Shown piece after piece: positions 1-9,000 of a stretch of 21,096 nt of DNA. Positions within the stretch are counted from its first letter, which is position 1. Each line of letters opens with the position of its first letter. Origin of the DNA: Candidatus Eiseniibacteriota bacterium (GTDB taxonomy: Bacteria > Eisenbacteria > RBG-16-71-46 > CAZEPH01); the NCBI GenBank assembly GCA_044229145.1, contig JBGATO010000061.1, forward strand, positions 1 through 21,096, in the 5' to 3' direction. The notes under the pieces were generated by a model. It was not told the DNA's origin, ran no database searches, and was given only the letters and a program-made list of their open reading frames with translations. The position numbers were made by a program, and so were the translations under genes.

Positions 1-1746
1 CGGCAGCGCGAGTTCGAGCAACGGCAGGATGATGCCGAGCAGGCCGCCCACCACGAGTCCGATGCGCGCCGTCGGGTGGAGCGCTTCCGGCCCCTTCGAC
101 AACAGTTCGGCGACGCCCTTCCACACCAGCGCGGCGGGCGCCGGCCACTTGTCGGTGCCGAGCATCGACACGTCCGGAATCAAGATGAAGAACACCGGCA
201 CGACGACGAGCGAGCCGGCGATGACGCCGAAGAACTGCGCGAGGAACTGCTGCCGCGGATTCGCGCCGAGCAAGTAGCCGGACTTGAGATCCGTCATCAA
301 GTCGCCGGCGTGCGTCACCGCGCCGGCGGTGATGTTCGCGGTCATGAGATTGATGCCGATGTCGCCCGGCTTGATGGCGCCGAAGGTGAGCTGCGTGATC
401 TTGCTGATCGGGCCCGTCGGCGTGACGTCGGTTTCCCCGGTGGCGCGCGCCGCGACGACGACGAGCAGGAACGTCGCCAGCACCGCGATCAATCCCATCC
501 ACCACTCGACGTGGAACAAACGGTGCGCGAGCACGATCACCGCGCTGCCGAAGACGACGTAGCCGGCGAGGAACCACGAACCCGGCACCTCGATCTTCTC
601 CATCGGATCGTCGGCGACGTGCGACGACTTGCTGAACAGCGCCGTGATGCTGCTGAACGCGCGCGCCACCGACTTCCAGTTCATGAAGAAGATGAGCAGG
701 CCGGAGGTCACCATCATCGGCACGCCGGTCCACAGCGACCACCGCGAGATCTTGCCGAACGACGCCGTCTCGACGATGCCGTGCTCGAGCACCCACGGCG
801 CCAGCACGCAGTAGTTGATGACCGCGCCGAGCATCAAGCTCCACGCCTGCCGGAAGCTCATGATCGCACCGGCGGCGACGAACAGCAGCGAGCCTTCGAG
901 CGACATCGTCACTTGATTGAGGTAGAGCGGCGCATCCTTCCACGTCGCGATGCGGATGCCCTGCGTGCCCCATGCGCTCTCGATCTTCGGCCACTGCAAC
1001 CACGGCAGCGCCTTGACGCTGACGAACTCCTTGATCAGCGCCCACGACGGCGCGCCGGAAATCGGCCGCGTCGCGAACCACTTCTCGAGATCGGCGCCGT
1101 CGCGCAGCCAGGTGGTGAGCAAGCCGACGAGGCCGGCGATGCCGAGCGCGCGTGCCTGCTTCATCGCCTCGCCGCCCTCGGCGTGCAGCGTGCGCAACGT
1201 GGTGGCCGCCGCGGTGCCGGACGGGAACGGCAACTGCTCGATGTTGATCATCTGCCGCTTGGCGGGCACCGCGAGGAACACGCCGAGCATCGACACCAGC
1301 GCGACCCATGGGATCAGCCACACGCAGCGGTCGTGAAACGTCGACGGCAGCGCCGATGGATTGAGCATCAGCAACGCCGGAATCGCGTTGACCAGTCCGG
1401 CGCCCGACATCATGCCGGCCGCGGAGGCTGCGGACTGCATCGCGTTGTTCTCGAGGATCGTGAAGTGCGGAAACAGCTTCGGCGCGATCTTGTGGAACAG
1501 CGAGAAGATCACGTAGGCCAGCACGCACGACGTGATGGCGACGCCCATCGACCAGCCGGCCTTCAGACCGACGTAGACGTTGGAGCACACCATGATCATG
1601 CCGAGGATCATGCCCATGATGGCGGCGCGCACCGTGAGCTGGCGCATGCGGTCGCCCTGGTAGACGTTTTCGAACCAGTGGCGTTCGATTTCCTCAGGCG
1701 TTTGCTTGCGGTCCGAAGTGGCGGCGAGCGGGGTCGGGTTGGACAC
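1..1746 (-). CDS. OPT (oligopeptide transporter/YSL) family membrane protein, 3' end outside the window
   Basis: Absent from the ORF track because it has no stop in the window. Manual translation from GTG at 1746 gives MSNPTPLAATSDRKQTPEEIERHWFENVYQGDRMRQLTVRAAIMGMILGMIMVCSNVYVGLKAGWSMGVAITS. Later OPT motifs are ENNAMQSAASAAG, RQMINIEQLPFPSGTAAA and DLMTDLKSGYLLGANPRQQFLAQ. The 792-aa + ORF is its in-register shadow. Confidence 0.93.
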   Translation of the reverse strand, partial: MSNPTPLAATSDRKQTPEEIERHWFENVYQGDRMRQLTVRAAIMGMILGMIMVCSNVYVGLKAGWSMGVAITSCVLAYVIFSLFHKIAPKLFPHFTILENNAMQSAASAAGMMSGAGLVNAIPALLMLNPSALPSTFHDRCVWLIPWVALVSMLGVFLAVPAKRQMINIEQLPFPSGTAAATTLRTLHAEGGEAMKQARALGIAGLVGLLTTWLRDGADLEKWFATRPISGAPSWALIKEFVSVKALPWLQWPKIESAWGTQGIRIATWKDAPLYLNQVTMSLEGSLLFVAAGAIMSFRQAWSLMLGAVINYCVLAPWVLEHGIVETASFGKISRWSLWTGVPMMVTSGLLIFFMNWKSVARAFSSITALFSKSSHVADDPMEKIEVPGSWFLAGYVVFGSAVIVLAHRLFHVEWWMGLIAVLATFLLVVVAARATGETDVTPTGPISKITQLTFGAIKPGDIGINLMTANITAGAVTHAGDLMTDLKSGYLLGANPRQQFLAQFFGVIAGSLVVVPVFFILIPDVSMLGTDKWPAPAALVWKGVAELLSKGPEALHPTARIGLVVGGLLGIILPLLELALP

Positions 1747-1950
1747 GGGTTTTCCCTGGGTCGGTGTCGGGTGGTGGAGGAGCCGCCGCGCGGAAGGTCG
1801 GCCCGAACGGGTGCGGCGCGGCGGCGAGTTCGTGCCGGTGAGTGTGGCGTCTCGCGTACATCGCCACAAGCGGAAACGCGCCCGAGGCCGGCGGCGACGT
1901 GGCGCCGGCCGGCCTCGGGTGAGATGACGTGCCGCGGGACGCCTGCGGCG

Positions 1951-2400
1951 CTAGAACAGTTTGCCCTTCAGCGCTCCGAGACCTTGCTCGAGCAGACCGC
2001 CCGCTTGCGCGCCGCCGAGCAGTCCCTCGAGCAACCCGCCGCCGGCCGGCGGCACGGTGCCCGTCGGCGTCAGCTTGTCCACCAGGAGCGGGAGCGCCGT
2101 CGCGAGCTGCGACGCCGCGGCGTCCGGCGAGAGTCCGAGCTGTTGCGCGAGCGCGCCGAGCGTCCCGCCGCCGAGCGCCGACTGCAGTTGATGCGGCTGC
2201 ACCGGCAGGTTCGGGCCGGTGCTCACCCAGGACGAGGCGATCTCGCCGAGACCGCCGTTCTGCAAAGTGCCGAGCAGGCCGTCGAGTCCTCCGTGCTGCT
2301 GCACGAGGCCGGCGACCGACTGAAGGAGAGATGTGTGACCGCCGGCGTTGCCGCCGAGCGAGCCGGCCAGCTGGCCGGCGAGTTCCTCGAGCAATCCCAT
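1951..2400 (-). CDS. YidB/DUF937-family small helical protein
   Basis: Family pattern GGLDGLLGTLQNGGLGEIASSWVSTGPNLPV...LAQQLGLSPDAAASQLATALPLLVDKLTPTG; purine-rich RBS upstream of the ATG. Confidence 0.88.
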   Translation of the reverse strand: MGLLEELAGQLAGSLGGNAGGHTSLLQSVAGLVQQHGGLDGLLGTLQNGGLGEIASSWVSTGPNLPVQPHQLQSALGGGTLGALAQQLGLSPDAAASQLATALPLLVDKLTPTGTVPPAGGGLLEGLLGGAQAGGLLEQGLGALKGKLF

Positions 2401-2425
2401 GACGCCCTTCCTCTCTCCGGGTGCG

Positions 2426-3082
2426 CTACTCGCGACCCGAGGCCGAGAGTTTGACGAATCGATACGGTCCCGCGACCGATCCCCACACTTGCGTGCCCTT
2501 CGCGTCGAATCCGCGGTCCCAGCTCTCGAGCAGCGAATCGCGCACCGTCACCTCGGAGGTGGCGTAGCGCGCCCCGCGCAGGTCGCTGGGACAGTCGTGC
2601 TCGTGCGTCGCGCCGCGATAGGAACCGTCCGGCAGCTGCCGGAGCAGGATGGCGCACCCGTCGCGCATCGACAAGCTATCCGGCGTGAGGCTCGCCAGCG
2701 GCTCATCCTTGCGCCACTCGCCGGCGAAGCGCAGCGGTGCGGTTGGCAGCGCATAGACGATGCTCTGCAGCGTCCCGTCGGCATCCTGCGTCACGCGATA
2801 GACGCGCTGGCGATACGGCTTGTCCTGACTGTCCGCGATCGCCTGTTCGACGTAGAGCCAGCGGCCGTCGGTGCGCGCGGTCCAGATCGGCACCATGCGC
2901 AGGCGGACGTCGAAGAAGGCGCTGTCGGCCGCGGCCTGCGCGGCGCTGCTGTAGCTTCCGGCCATCATCGCCGCGAGGCGCTGGACATCCTGCGCGACGC
3001 CGCTCGGCGCAGTCGCACTCCCCGCGCCGGCGAGGGCAAGAGTGGTGAGCGCGGCGACGCCGCTGCTGAGACGAACGGGCAT
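2426..3082 (-). CDS. CpcT/CpeT-family (bilin chromophore lyase-like) protein with an N-terminal signal peptide
   Basis: Motifs GSYSSAAQA, WLYVEQA...KPYRQRVY, GCAILL, YATSEVTV and SWDRGFDAKGTQVWGS..GPYRF; hydrophobic signal-like N-terminus. Confidence 0.88.
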   Translation of the reverse strand: MPVRLSSGVAALTTLALAGAGSATAPSGVAQDVQRLAAMMAGSYSSAAQAAADSAFFDVRLRMVPIWTARTDGRWLYVEQAIADSQDKPYRQRVYRVTQDADGTLQSIVYALPTAPLRFAGEWRKDEPLASLTPDSLSMRDGCAILLRQLPDGSYRGATHEHDCPSDLRGARYATSEVTVRDSLLESWDRGFDAKGTQVWGSVAGPYRFVKLSASGRE

Positions 3083-3132
3083 GAGAGGAGTCCTTTCCAG
3101 AGACGGGGATGCCGTCCGCGATCACCGCACGA

Positions 3133-4893
3133 TCACCGGCCGTCCGTCAACCGCGTGGTCGCCAGGTGTCCGCTTGGGTCGACCGCGAAATGCAGTCCGC
3201 GGCGTCCCGCCGCCCATCGGCCGCGGCCGCTGGCGTCCAACGTCATCCACGCGGTGAGCCGACCGCGCACGTCGACCACGGCGAGGCGCCGCCCGGCGGA
3301 TGCGACGCCGTCGCCGGCCCGCACCGTGAGCACGTTGCCCGACGGCGTCGCGCGGTAGACCACCAGCGGCACCGATGGCGGTTGCGGCACCGTCGCCGGC
3401 GTCTGCACGGTGTCGCTCGAGAAGGCGAGGGCGCCGGCGAGGAACGCCGGCGCGTCGAGCGCGTGGGCGCCGTAGAACGCGCCGCGCACCGTGAGCGCCG
3501 GCCCGGTGGTCGCGAGGGCGTGGCGGATCTGGGTGCGCGTCAGCTGCGGCGCGATTTCGAGCGCCGACACGATCGCCGCGGCGAGATCGGCCGCCGCCAC
3601 CGACGTTCCGCTCAGCGCCAAGCCCGGGAAGCTCTTGCTGCTGCCCTGCCCGATCACGCCGACATCGGGATGGTTGTTCTGCGCCGCGCCATCCGGCGCG
3701 AGCGCCCAGTTGCAGTACGGCGCGGCACTGAAGCCGTCGGTATTGAGCGCCGACGCCACCAGCACGCGCGGCGACAACCCCACCGGATTGATCAGGCCGC
3801 CGGGATACGACGGCTCCGTACCATCGTTGCCCGCGCCCGCCACCAACACCACCCCGAGCGCGTCGAGCGAGGCGTAGAGCGGCTCGAGCGGATCCGTGCA
3901 CGGCGATCCCGCGCCGGCGATCGCGTTGAGGTTGTTTCGCTCCTCGATGCGCGGCCACTTGCCTTGCGCGAGGCCGCCCGCCGCGTTCGGCGTCCACACG
4001 ATGGTGTGGTTGGCGATGATGCCGCCGGCATCGACGCCGAGATACACGACGGCGCCCGCGCTGTCGCGGCCGCCGCGCAGTTGGCGCTCGCGATTGGCGA
4101 TGGCCTCGAGGGCGGTGTGGATTTCGAGCAGCGTGGTCGCCCCTTGCGGCGTGGTGACTTGGACGTCGTAGAAATGCGGAGCCGCGCGCACGCCGAACGG
4201 TGCCGTCCACACGGTGATCAGCGATTCGGCGCGCGTCGTCAGGAAGGTGTCGTGCGCGATCGTGCTGACGTCGGAGGGATTGTGGGTGTGCGAGAGATCG
4301 GTGGGCGAATCGAGCGCCGTGCTGAAGCCCCAACTGGTGGGCACCAAGCGATCGTCGAGGCCCGACCCCACGATGTAGACGCGCGTGCCGGCTCCGGGAC
4401 GTGACGGGGACGCCGCCTCCTCCTCGTGTGCGCTGATCGGTGCTTCGGCGGGCGGCGCCGTGCTATCGGCGGGCAGCGCGGTGATGCTGTAGCGCTCCAA
4501 CGCCCGCAGCGCGACGACTTCGCCATAGCTCAAGATGGTCTGCGCGAACGGGCGGCAGGCGAAGCAGGTGTCTGCGTGCAGTCCGTACACGAACACGCGA
4601 CCGAGCGCCGAGAGGTAGGCGATCGACGCGTGCTTGTCGCCGTCGGTGTCGAGCGCCTTGGTGACTTGCTCGCGCATCGTCACGGTGTCGGGCGGCGCGG
4701 CGGGATCGTATTCCACCACGACATCGAGTGTGGTGCCCGCCGGCGCGTTCTCCAGCGCATCGTCGATGTGGTCGTTGTCGAGATCGCTGCACGGATTCAG
4801 CCACCACGTCGTGGCGCGGACCGTCGCCGGCGCCGCGCAGACGAGCGCGCACACGACGACCAGGATTCCGCGGCGAAGGTCACGCACCGTCAT
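3133..4893 (-). CDS. Secreted S8 (subtilisin-like) protease homolog with a non-canonical active site and a degenerate FlgD/T9SS-like C-terminal domain
   Basis: Signal peptide ending ATVRA; Ca-binding-like DLDNDHIDD; S8 motifs GAGTRVYIVGSG, AHDT, VLVAGAGNDG, PDV and LSGTSVAAA; tail LAVVDVRGRL. The start overlaps the upstream gene by 14 bp. Confidence 0.8.
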   Translation of the reverse strand: MTVRDLRRGILVVVCALVCAAPATVRATTWWLNPCSDLDNDHIDDALENAPAGTTLDVVVEYDPAAPPDTVTMREQVTKALDTDGDKHASIAYLSALGRVFVYGLHADTCFACRPFAQTILSYGEVVALRALERYSITALPADSTAPPAEAPISAHEEEAASPSRPGAGTRVYIVGSGLDDRLVPTSWGFSTALDSPTDLSHTHNPSDVSTIAHDTFLTTRAESLITVWTAPFGVRAAPHFYDVQVTTPQGATTLLEIHTALEAIANRERQLRGGRDSAGAVVYLGVDAGGIIANHTIVWTPNAAGGLAQGKWPRIEERNNLNAIAGAGSPCTDPLEPLYASLDALGVVLVAGAGNDGTEPSYPGGLINPVGLSPRVLVASALNTDGFSAAPYCNWALAPDGAAQNNHPDVGVIGQGSSKSFPGLALSGTSVAAADLAAAIVSALEIAPQLTRTQIRHALATTGPALTVRGAFYGAHALDAPAFLAGALAFSSDTVQTPATVPQPPSVPLVVYRATPSGNVLTVRAGDGVASAGRRLAVVDVRGRLTAWMTLDASGRGRWAAGRRGLHFAVDPSGHLATTRLTDGR

Positions 4894-5539
4894 CGTCGAA
4901 CTCCACGTCGAGGTCGTACTCGCCCGCCGCGAGGTCCGCGGCGATCCAGGTGCCGGTGGCGTCGGGGCGGCCGCGCGCGACCACGGTGCCGTGCTCCCGC
5001 GCGCGCACTTGCAGCACCGCGCCGGCGCACGGTTCGCTGCCGCGTTGCAACGTGACGCGCACGCGGCCGTCGCGCACCGCGATCAGCGCGTCGTGGGTGG
5101 CGGCGCCGTCGGCGTCGCGCGCCGTGACGTGCACGGTGGTGCCGCGCGCACCGGTTTCGCCACGCACGGGCGCGGTCAGCGCGACGATGTCGAGGTTGGG
5201 AGAGATCGCTTGTACGACGTCGCGCGCGGCTTCGCGCCACGCGGCGCCTGCCGCGGCGATGCTGATGGCCAACCGGACGCGCAACCCCGCCGGCGCCTCG
5301 GCCGCGGCGTCCTGCACGCGGCGCCACAGCGCCTCCGGCATGCGGCCCTCTGCGGCTGCCGCGGCGCCCGCGGGGTCGGCGTCGAGCGTCCACAGCGCCT
5401 CGACCTCCGCGCGACACTCGTCGCAGGTCTCGAGATGGTGGCGAAGCGCCACCGGCAGCGTCGCGAACGTCTGGAAGCGCGCCGACACCAGCGTGTCGAC
5501 GTCCGGGCAGCCGGCCGGTGGCATCGGGGAATGGGTCAC
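4880..5539 (-). CDS. Putative soluble anti-sigma factor: N-terminal ZAS zinc-finger motif plus C-terminal beta-sandwich-like domain
   Basis: HHLETCDECRAEV (HxxxCxxC) follows an upstream CPD. The start is reassigned from 5890 to GTG at 5539, which overlaps the sigma stop (GTGA); ATG at 5524 is an alternative. The C-terminus VRVTLQRGSEPCAGAVLQV...DATGTWIAADLAAGEYDLDV resembles carboxypeptidase-regulatory/Ig-like folds. No clear TM helix. Confidence 0.75.
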   Translation of the reverse strand: MTHSPMPPAGCPDVDTLVSARFQTFATLPVALRHHLETCDECRAEVEALWTLDADPAGAAAAAEGRMPEALWRRVQDAAAEAPAGLRVRLAISIAAAGAAWREAARDVVQAISPNLDIVALTAPVRGETGARGTTVHVTARDADGAATHDALIAVRDGRVRVTLQRGSEPCAGAVLQVRAREHGTVVARGRPDATGTWIAADLAAGEYDLDVEFDDDGA

Positions 5540-6276
5540 GACGGATTCCTCGGGGGCGTGGGGCGGCCCGCAGGCGCGGACCCGGCAGAAGGAGGGACGC
5601 CGTCCGCCGGGGAATTCGTGGGCCCGCCTTCGAGCGCCGCGCGCATTTGCGCCAACGCGCGACGCCGTCGCCAGGTCACCGTATGCAGCGGCATGCGCAT
5701 GCGCTCGCCGATCTCGCGATCCGTCAGCGGCGGCTCGCGCAGGAAGTAGTCGTCGACGACGGCGCGATCGCGCGGATCGCGCACGGTGGCAAGAGCGGCG
5801 TCGAGGCGACGCGCGGTGAGCGCACGCCACGCGCTGGTTTCCGGATCCTCGCCACCGGACGCGGCCCCGGCGATGCTGTCGCCTTCCCACGCGCGGCGCG
5901 CCGAGGTGTCCACCGCGCGCTGCACGGCGACCGCCTCGCTGTCGTCCAGCGATGCCGTGCGCGCCACATCGCGACGTTGCGCGCGCAGCCGCCGGTTCTC
6001 GGAGATGCGCACGTGATCGGCGATCGACAAGACGTAGTTGACGAGCGAATCGCCGCGGAACGCGCGCACGCCACCGCGGGCCAGCCGGACGAAGACCTCT
6101 TGCACCAAGTCGTCGACGTGGGTGTCGTCATACAGGCGCGGCGCGTGGGCGAGCCGCGCGCGGACCACCCCCGCCAGCCGGGCATACAACTCGTCCCAGG
6201 CAGCACGGTCGGGGGGCGTGGCGCAACAGGCCGCGGCGAGGGCCGCGTCGGTGAGGGGAGACAGCGGTGACGGCAT
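5536..6276 (-). CDS. ECF-type sigma-70 family RNA polymerase sigma factor
   Basis: Region 2: DRAAWDELY...VDDLVQEVFVRL...YVLSIA. Region 4 HTH: LTDREIGERMRMPLHTVTWRRRRALAQMRAALE. No region 3. Confidence 0.92.
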   Translation of the reverse strand: MPSPLSPLTDAALAAACCATPPDRAAWDELYARLAGVVRARLAHAPRLYDDTHVDDLVQEVFVRLARGGVRAFRGDSLVNYVLSIADHVRISENRRLRAQRRDVARTASLDDSEAVAVQRAVDTSARRAWEGDSIAGAASGGEDPETSAWRALTARRLDAALATVRDPRDRAVVDDYFLREPPLTDREIGERMRMPLHTVTWRRRRALAQMRAALEGGPTNSPADGVPPSAGSAPAGRPTPPRNPS

Positions 6277-6288
6277 GACGTGCCGAGT

Positions 6289-8916
6289 CTAACAAATCCT
6301 CGCCGCGGGGCGCCCCGTCTCGTGTGCGGCGACGAGGAGATGCAGGTGCGCCCAGGCCGCCGCCGGGAGGTGGGCATCGCCCGCCGCCCGCACCGCGGCG
6401 CGGACAGCCCACGGCCAGCGCCGGCGGCGCGCCGCGTGATCCAGTATCGCCCTGAAGCGCGCCGCGTCCGCATCGTCGAGCGCCGCGGCGTGGGCGACGA
6501 CCGTCGCGGCGCCGGCGGCGAGGCACCCCGCCGCGAGCCCGGCCACCGCGTCCGCGCTGTCGTCGCGCCCGGCGCCGTCGCAGGCGCTGAGGATCAGCGT
6601 GCGTCCCTCGACTCCCGCATGCCGGAGGTCATGGAGCGTGAGCGCGCCGCCGTGCAGATGCAAGGCGCTGAACGCCGGATCGTCGCGGCGAAACGTGCCG
6701 TGACACGCGAAGTGTGCCACCCGCGCGCGCCGCATCGCGGTGAGGACCGCGTCGCGCGTCGCGTGGCGGCCGGCGAGCACGTGCGCCCCTGGCCACGCGC
6801 GCGCGAGCCGTCGTGCCTCGCGCCGGCTCCCTTCGAGACCGGCGTCCGGCGCCACGATGAGCGCGCGGTCGCCGCCGCGGGGTGCATCGGTGTGCGGAAA
6901 CGCATTGGTGCCCACCAGCGCCAGCGGCACCCGGGCGCCGAGTGGTGCGTGCGAGGCGGCGGGTCGCAAGGCGAGCCACGGCACCCGCGCCACCGGCCCC
7001 CACGGGGAGATCCACAGCCCACGGTGCGCGCGTGCCACCGCCTCACGCAGCGCGGCCGGGCAGACGAGGTCCATCATGCGCACGGCCAGGTCGCCCATGC
7101 GGCGGTCGAGCGTGGCGGCGAATCGCGCGCGAGCCTGCGGGTTCAGCGAGGCAGCGTCGGCCGCCTCGTCCTCCCAGTCGCGCAGCGTCGCGTCGACGGC
7201 GGCGCACTCGCCGGCGGGGTGCAGAGCGACACCATCGGCGGAGTGCGCGAGCACCGACAGGCGGTGTCCGTCGCTCACGTAGTCGAGCAGCAGTTCCCCG
7301 CGCCGCGGCCTCCGGGAGACCGGCGCGGCGTTCGCGCACGGCGTGCGTGCGGACTCCGCGGCGCCGTGTGCCACCACGCCGGCGGCGAAGCGACGCTCGG
7401 CCTCCTCGAGGGCCGTCCAGGCTGCGGCGCGGGCGTCCGCGCCATCGGCCGGTGTCCACAGGCGCAGGCGCATCGCGGCGGTGTCGATGGCGGCGCGATG
7501 CGCGCGCGCAGTCGTCGTCCGTCGGCGCGCCGGCCGGGGCGCAGCCTTGGCTGCGGTCGCCATCCGCGCGACGCCGGCGATATCGCCGTCCGCCAATGCA
7601 AGGGCGATCGCGATCTCGTCCACGGGCCGCAGGCGCGGAGCGTCACGCGCCGCACGGTGGCTGAACGCCAGATCGTGGTGCGCCGCCCGCGCCTCGGCGA
7701 GCGCCGCGTCCAGGCGGCGCCGGACCTGTGCGCGTTCGGCGGGACCGGCGGTTCGCGCGTCGGCCAGGGCGAGCGCGCACTCCCACACCGAGTGGCCCGC
7801 CGGCGCACATCGCGCGAGCGCCTCTGCCGCCTCGCGGATGGCCGCGGAGTCGCCCTCCTGGGAGGCGGCGTCGAGCCGGAGGGCGGCGAGCGGTGCGCGG
7901 CGCGGATCTGACGCTTCCCATCCCATCGTGGCGAGCGTGTCGGCGGCGCGCTCGCCGGCGGCGACCGTCTCGCCGCGGTCGAGAAGGAGCCGCGCGTGCT
8001 CGAGACCCAGCCACGCTCGCGCTTCGTCGTCGTCGACGTGTCGGAGGCCGTCGGCGGCGCGCTGAAGTGCGGCGTCGGCCTCCGTGGCCCAGCGTGCGCC
8101 ATCCGCGTACTCCCGTCGTGCGTGGCAGCCGCGGGCGATCTCCTGTGCGGCGCGCGCCTGATTGAGCGAGGCCAGCGCATGCTCGCGGGCGAGTTCCAAT
8201 CCGGCGAAGGCCGCGCACGCCTCACTGGCCAGCGCGTAGGCCTCGCGGGCCGCGCCCAGTTGCAGCGTCGCCTCGGCGAGATTGTCGACGAGCATGGCGG
8301 CGAAGCCGGGCGCCGCGGTTCCCGGCGCCCCGAGTGTGGCCAGCGCCTCTCGATACGCCGCGGCCGCCTCGTGCGGCCGGCCGAGCGCCATCGAGGCGAC
8401 GCCCGCATTGCTCGCCGCCATCGCGGCCTCGAGCGCCGTCCCGTCGCGCTGCAGGACGCGGCGCGCGCGGGCGAGCACCGACACGGCGACGCCGACCGCG
8501 CCGGCGTGCAGCAGCGCCATGCCGCGGCGTGCGTCGATGCGGGCCACCAGGAGGTGGTCGGTGGTGAAACCGCGTGCGGCGTCGTACTGGGCGATGGCCT
8601 CTGGCATCCGCCGCGCGGCGAGGTGGACGTTGCCGGCGAGGAGTGCCGCGCGGGCGCGCAGGGTGGCATCGCCGGCTGCCTCCGCGACGCCGGCCGCGCG
8701 GCAGAGCCAGGGCTCGATCTCCGCGCCACGGCCGCTGAGCCCGAGCAGCGACATGCCGAGTTCGAGTGCGTCGAGGGCGAGCGCCGGATCGCCGGCGGCT
8801 GCGAGCGCCGCCGCGCTGTCCGCGCGCTGCACGGCCGTCGCGATCTCGCCGCGCCGCCACGCCTGCCGTGCCTGCTCGAGATGCGTCCGGGCCGTGTCGC
8901 CGTCGTGTGCCGCCAT
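6289..8916 (-). CDS. TPR-repeat plus CHAT-domain (caspase/separase-like, clan CD) protease
   Basis: N-terminal Ala-rich TPR-like helical repeats (e.g. AMAASNAGVASMALGRPHEAAAAYREALA). CHAT motifs ISPWGPVARVPWLAL, HFACHG (6697-6714) and LILSAC (Cys codon 6580-6582). The start is uncertain: ATG 8916 or GTG 8979. No signal peptide seen. Confidence 0.9.
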   Translation of the reverse strand: MAAHDGDTARTHLEQARQAWRRGEIATAVQRADSAAALAAAGDPALALDALELGMSLLGLSGRGAEIEPWLCRAAGVAEAAGDATLRARAALLAGNVHLAARRMPEAIAQYDAARGFTTDHLLVARIDARRGMALLHAGAVGVAVSVLARARRVLQRDGTALEAAMAASNAGVASMALGRPHEAAAAYREALATLGAPGTAAPGFAAMLVDNLAEATLQLGAAREAYALASEACAAFAGLELAREHALASLNQARAAQEIARGCHARREYADGARWATEADAALQRAADGLRHVDDDEARAWLGLEHARLLLDRGETVAAGERAADTLATMGWEASDPRRAPLAALRLDAASQEGDSAAIREAAEALARCAPAGHSVWECALALADARTAGPAERAQVRRRLDAALAEARAAHHDLAFSHRAARDAPRLRPVDEIAIALALADGDIAGVARMATAAKAAPRPARRRTTTARAHRAAIDTAAMRLRLWTPADGADARAAAWTALEEAERRFAAGVVAHGAAESARTPCANAAPVSRRPRRGELLLDYVSDGHRLSVLAHSADGVALHPAGECAAVDATLRDWEDEAADAASLNPQARARFAATLDRRMGDLAVRMMDLVCPAALREAVARAHRGLWISPWGPVARVPWLALRPAASHAPLGARVPLALVGTNAFPHTDAPRGGDRALIVAPDAGLEGSRREARRLARAWPGAHVLAGRHATRDAVLTAMRRARVAHFACHGTFRRDDPAFSALHLHGGALTLHDLRHAGVEGRTLILSACDGAGRDDSADAVAGLAAGCLAAGAATVVAHAAALDDADAARFRAILDHAARRRRWPWAVRAAVRAAGDAHLPAAAWAHLHLLVAAHETGRPAARIC

Positions 8917-9000
8917 CACGGCACTCTGGCCGCGCGGGGGCGGCCTTGGAACGCGGGCGGGGGCGCGTGGGATCGCCACGCGGCGGCCGCCCGCGGGAGA

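Noticed and set aside
1782..1825. 10-bp inverted repeat upstream of the OPT gene
   Set aside because: The arms are all G/C with no U-tract or known motif, so it could arise by chance.
76..2454. 792-aa plus-strand ORF
   Set aside because: In-register antisense shadow of the OPT and YidB genes; Arg/His-rich with no motifs.
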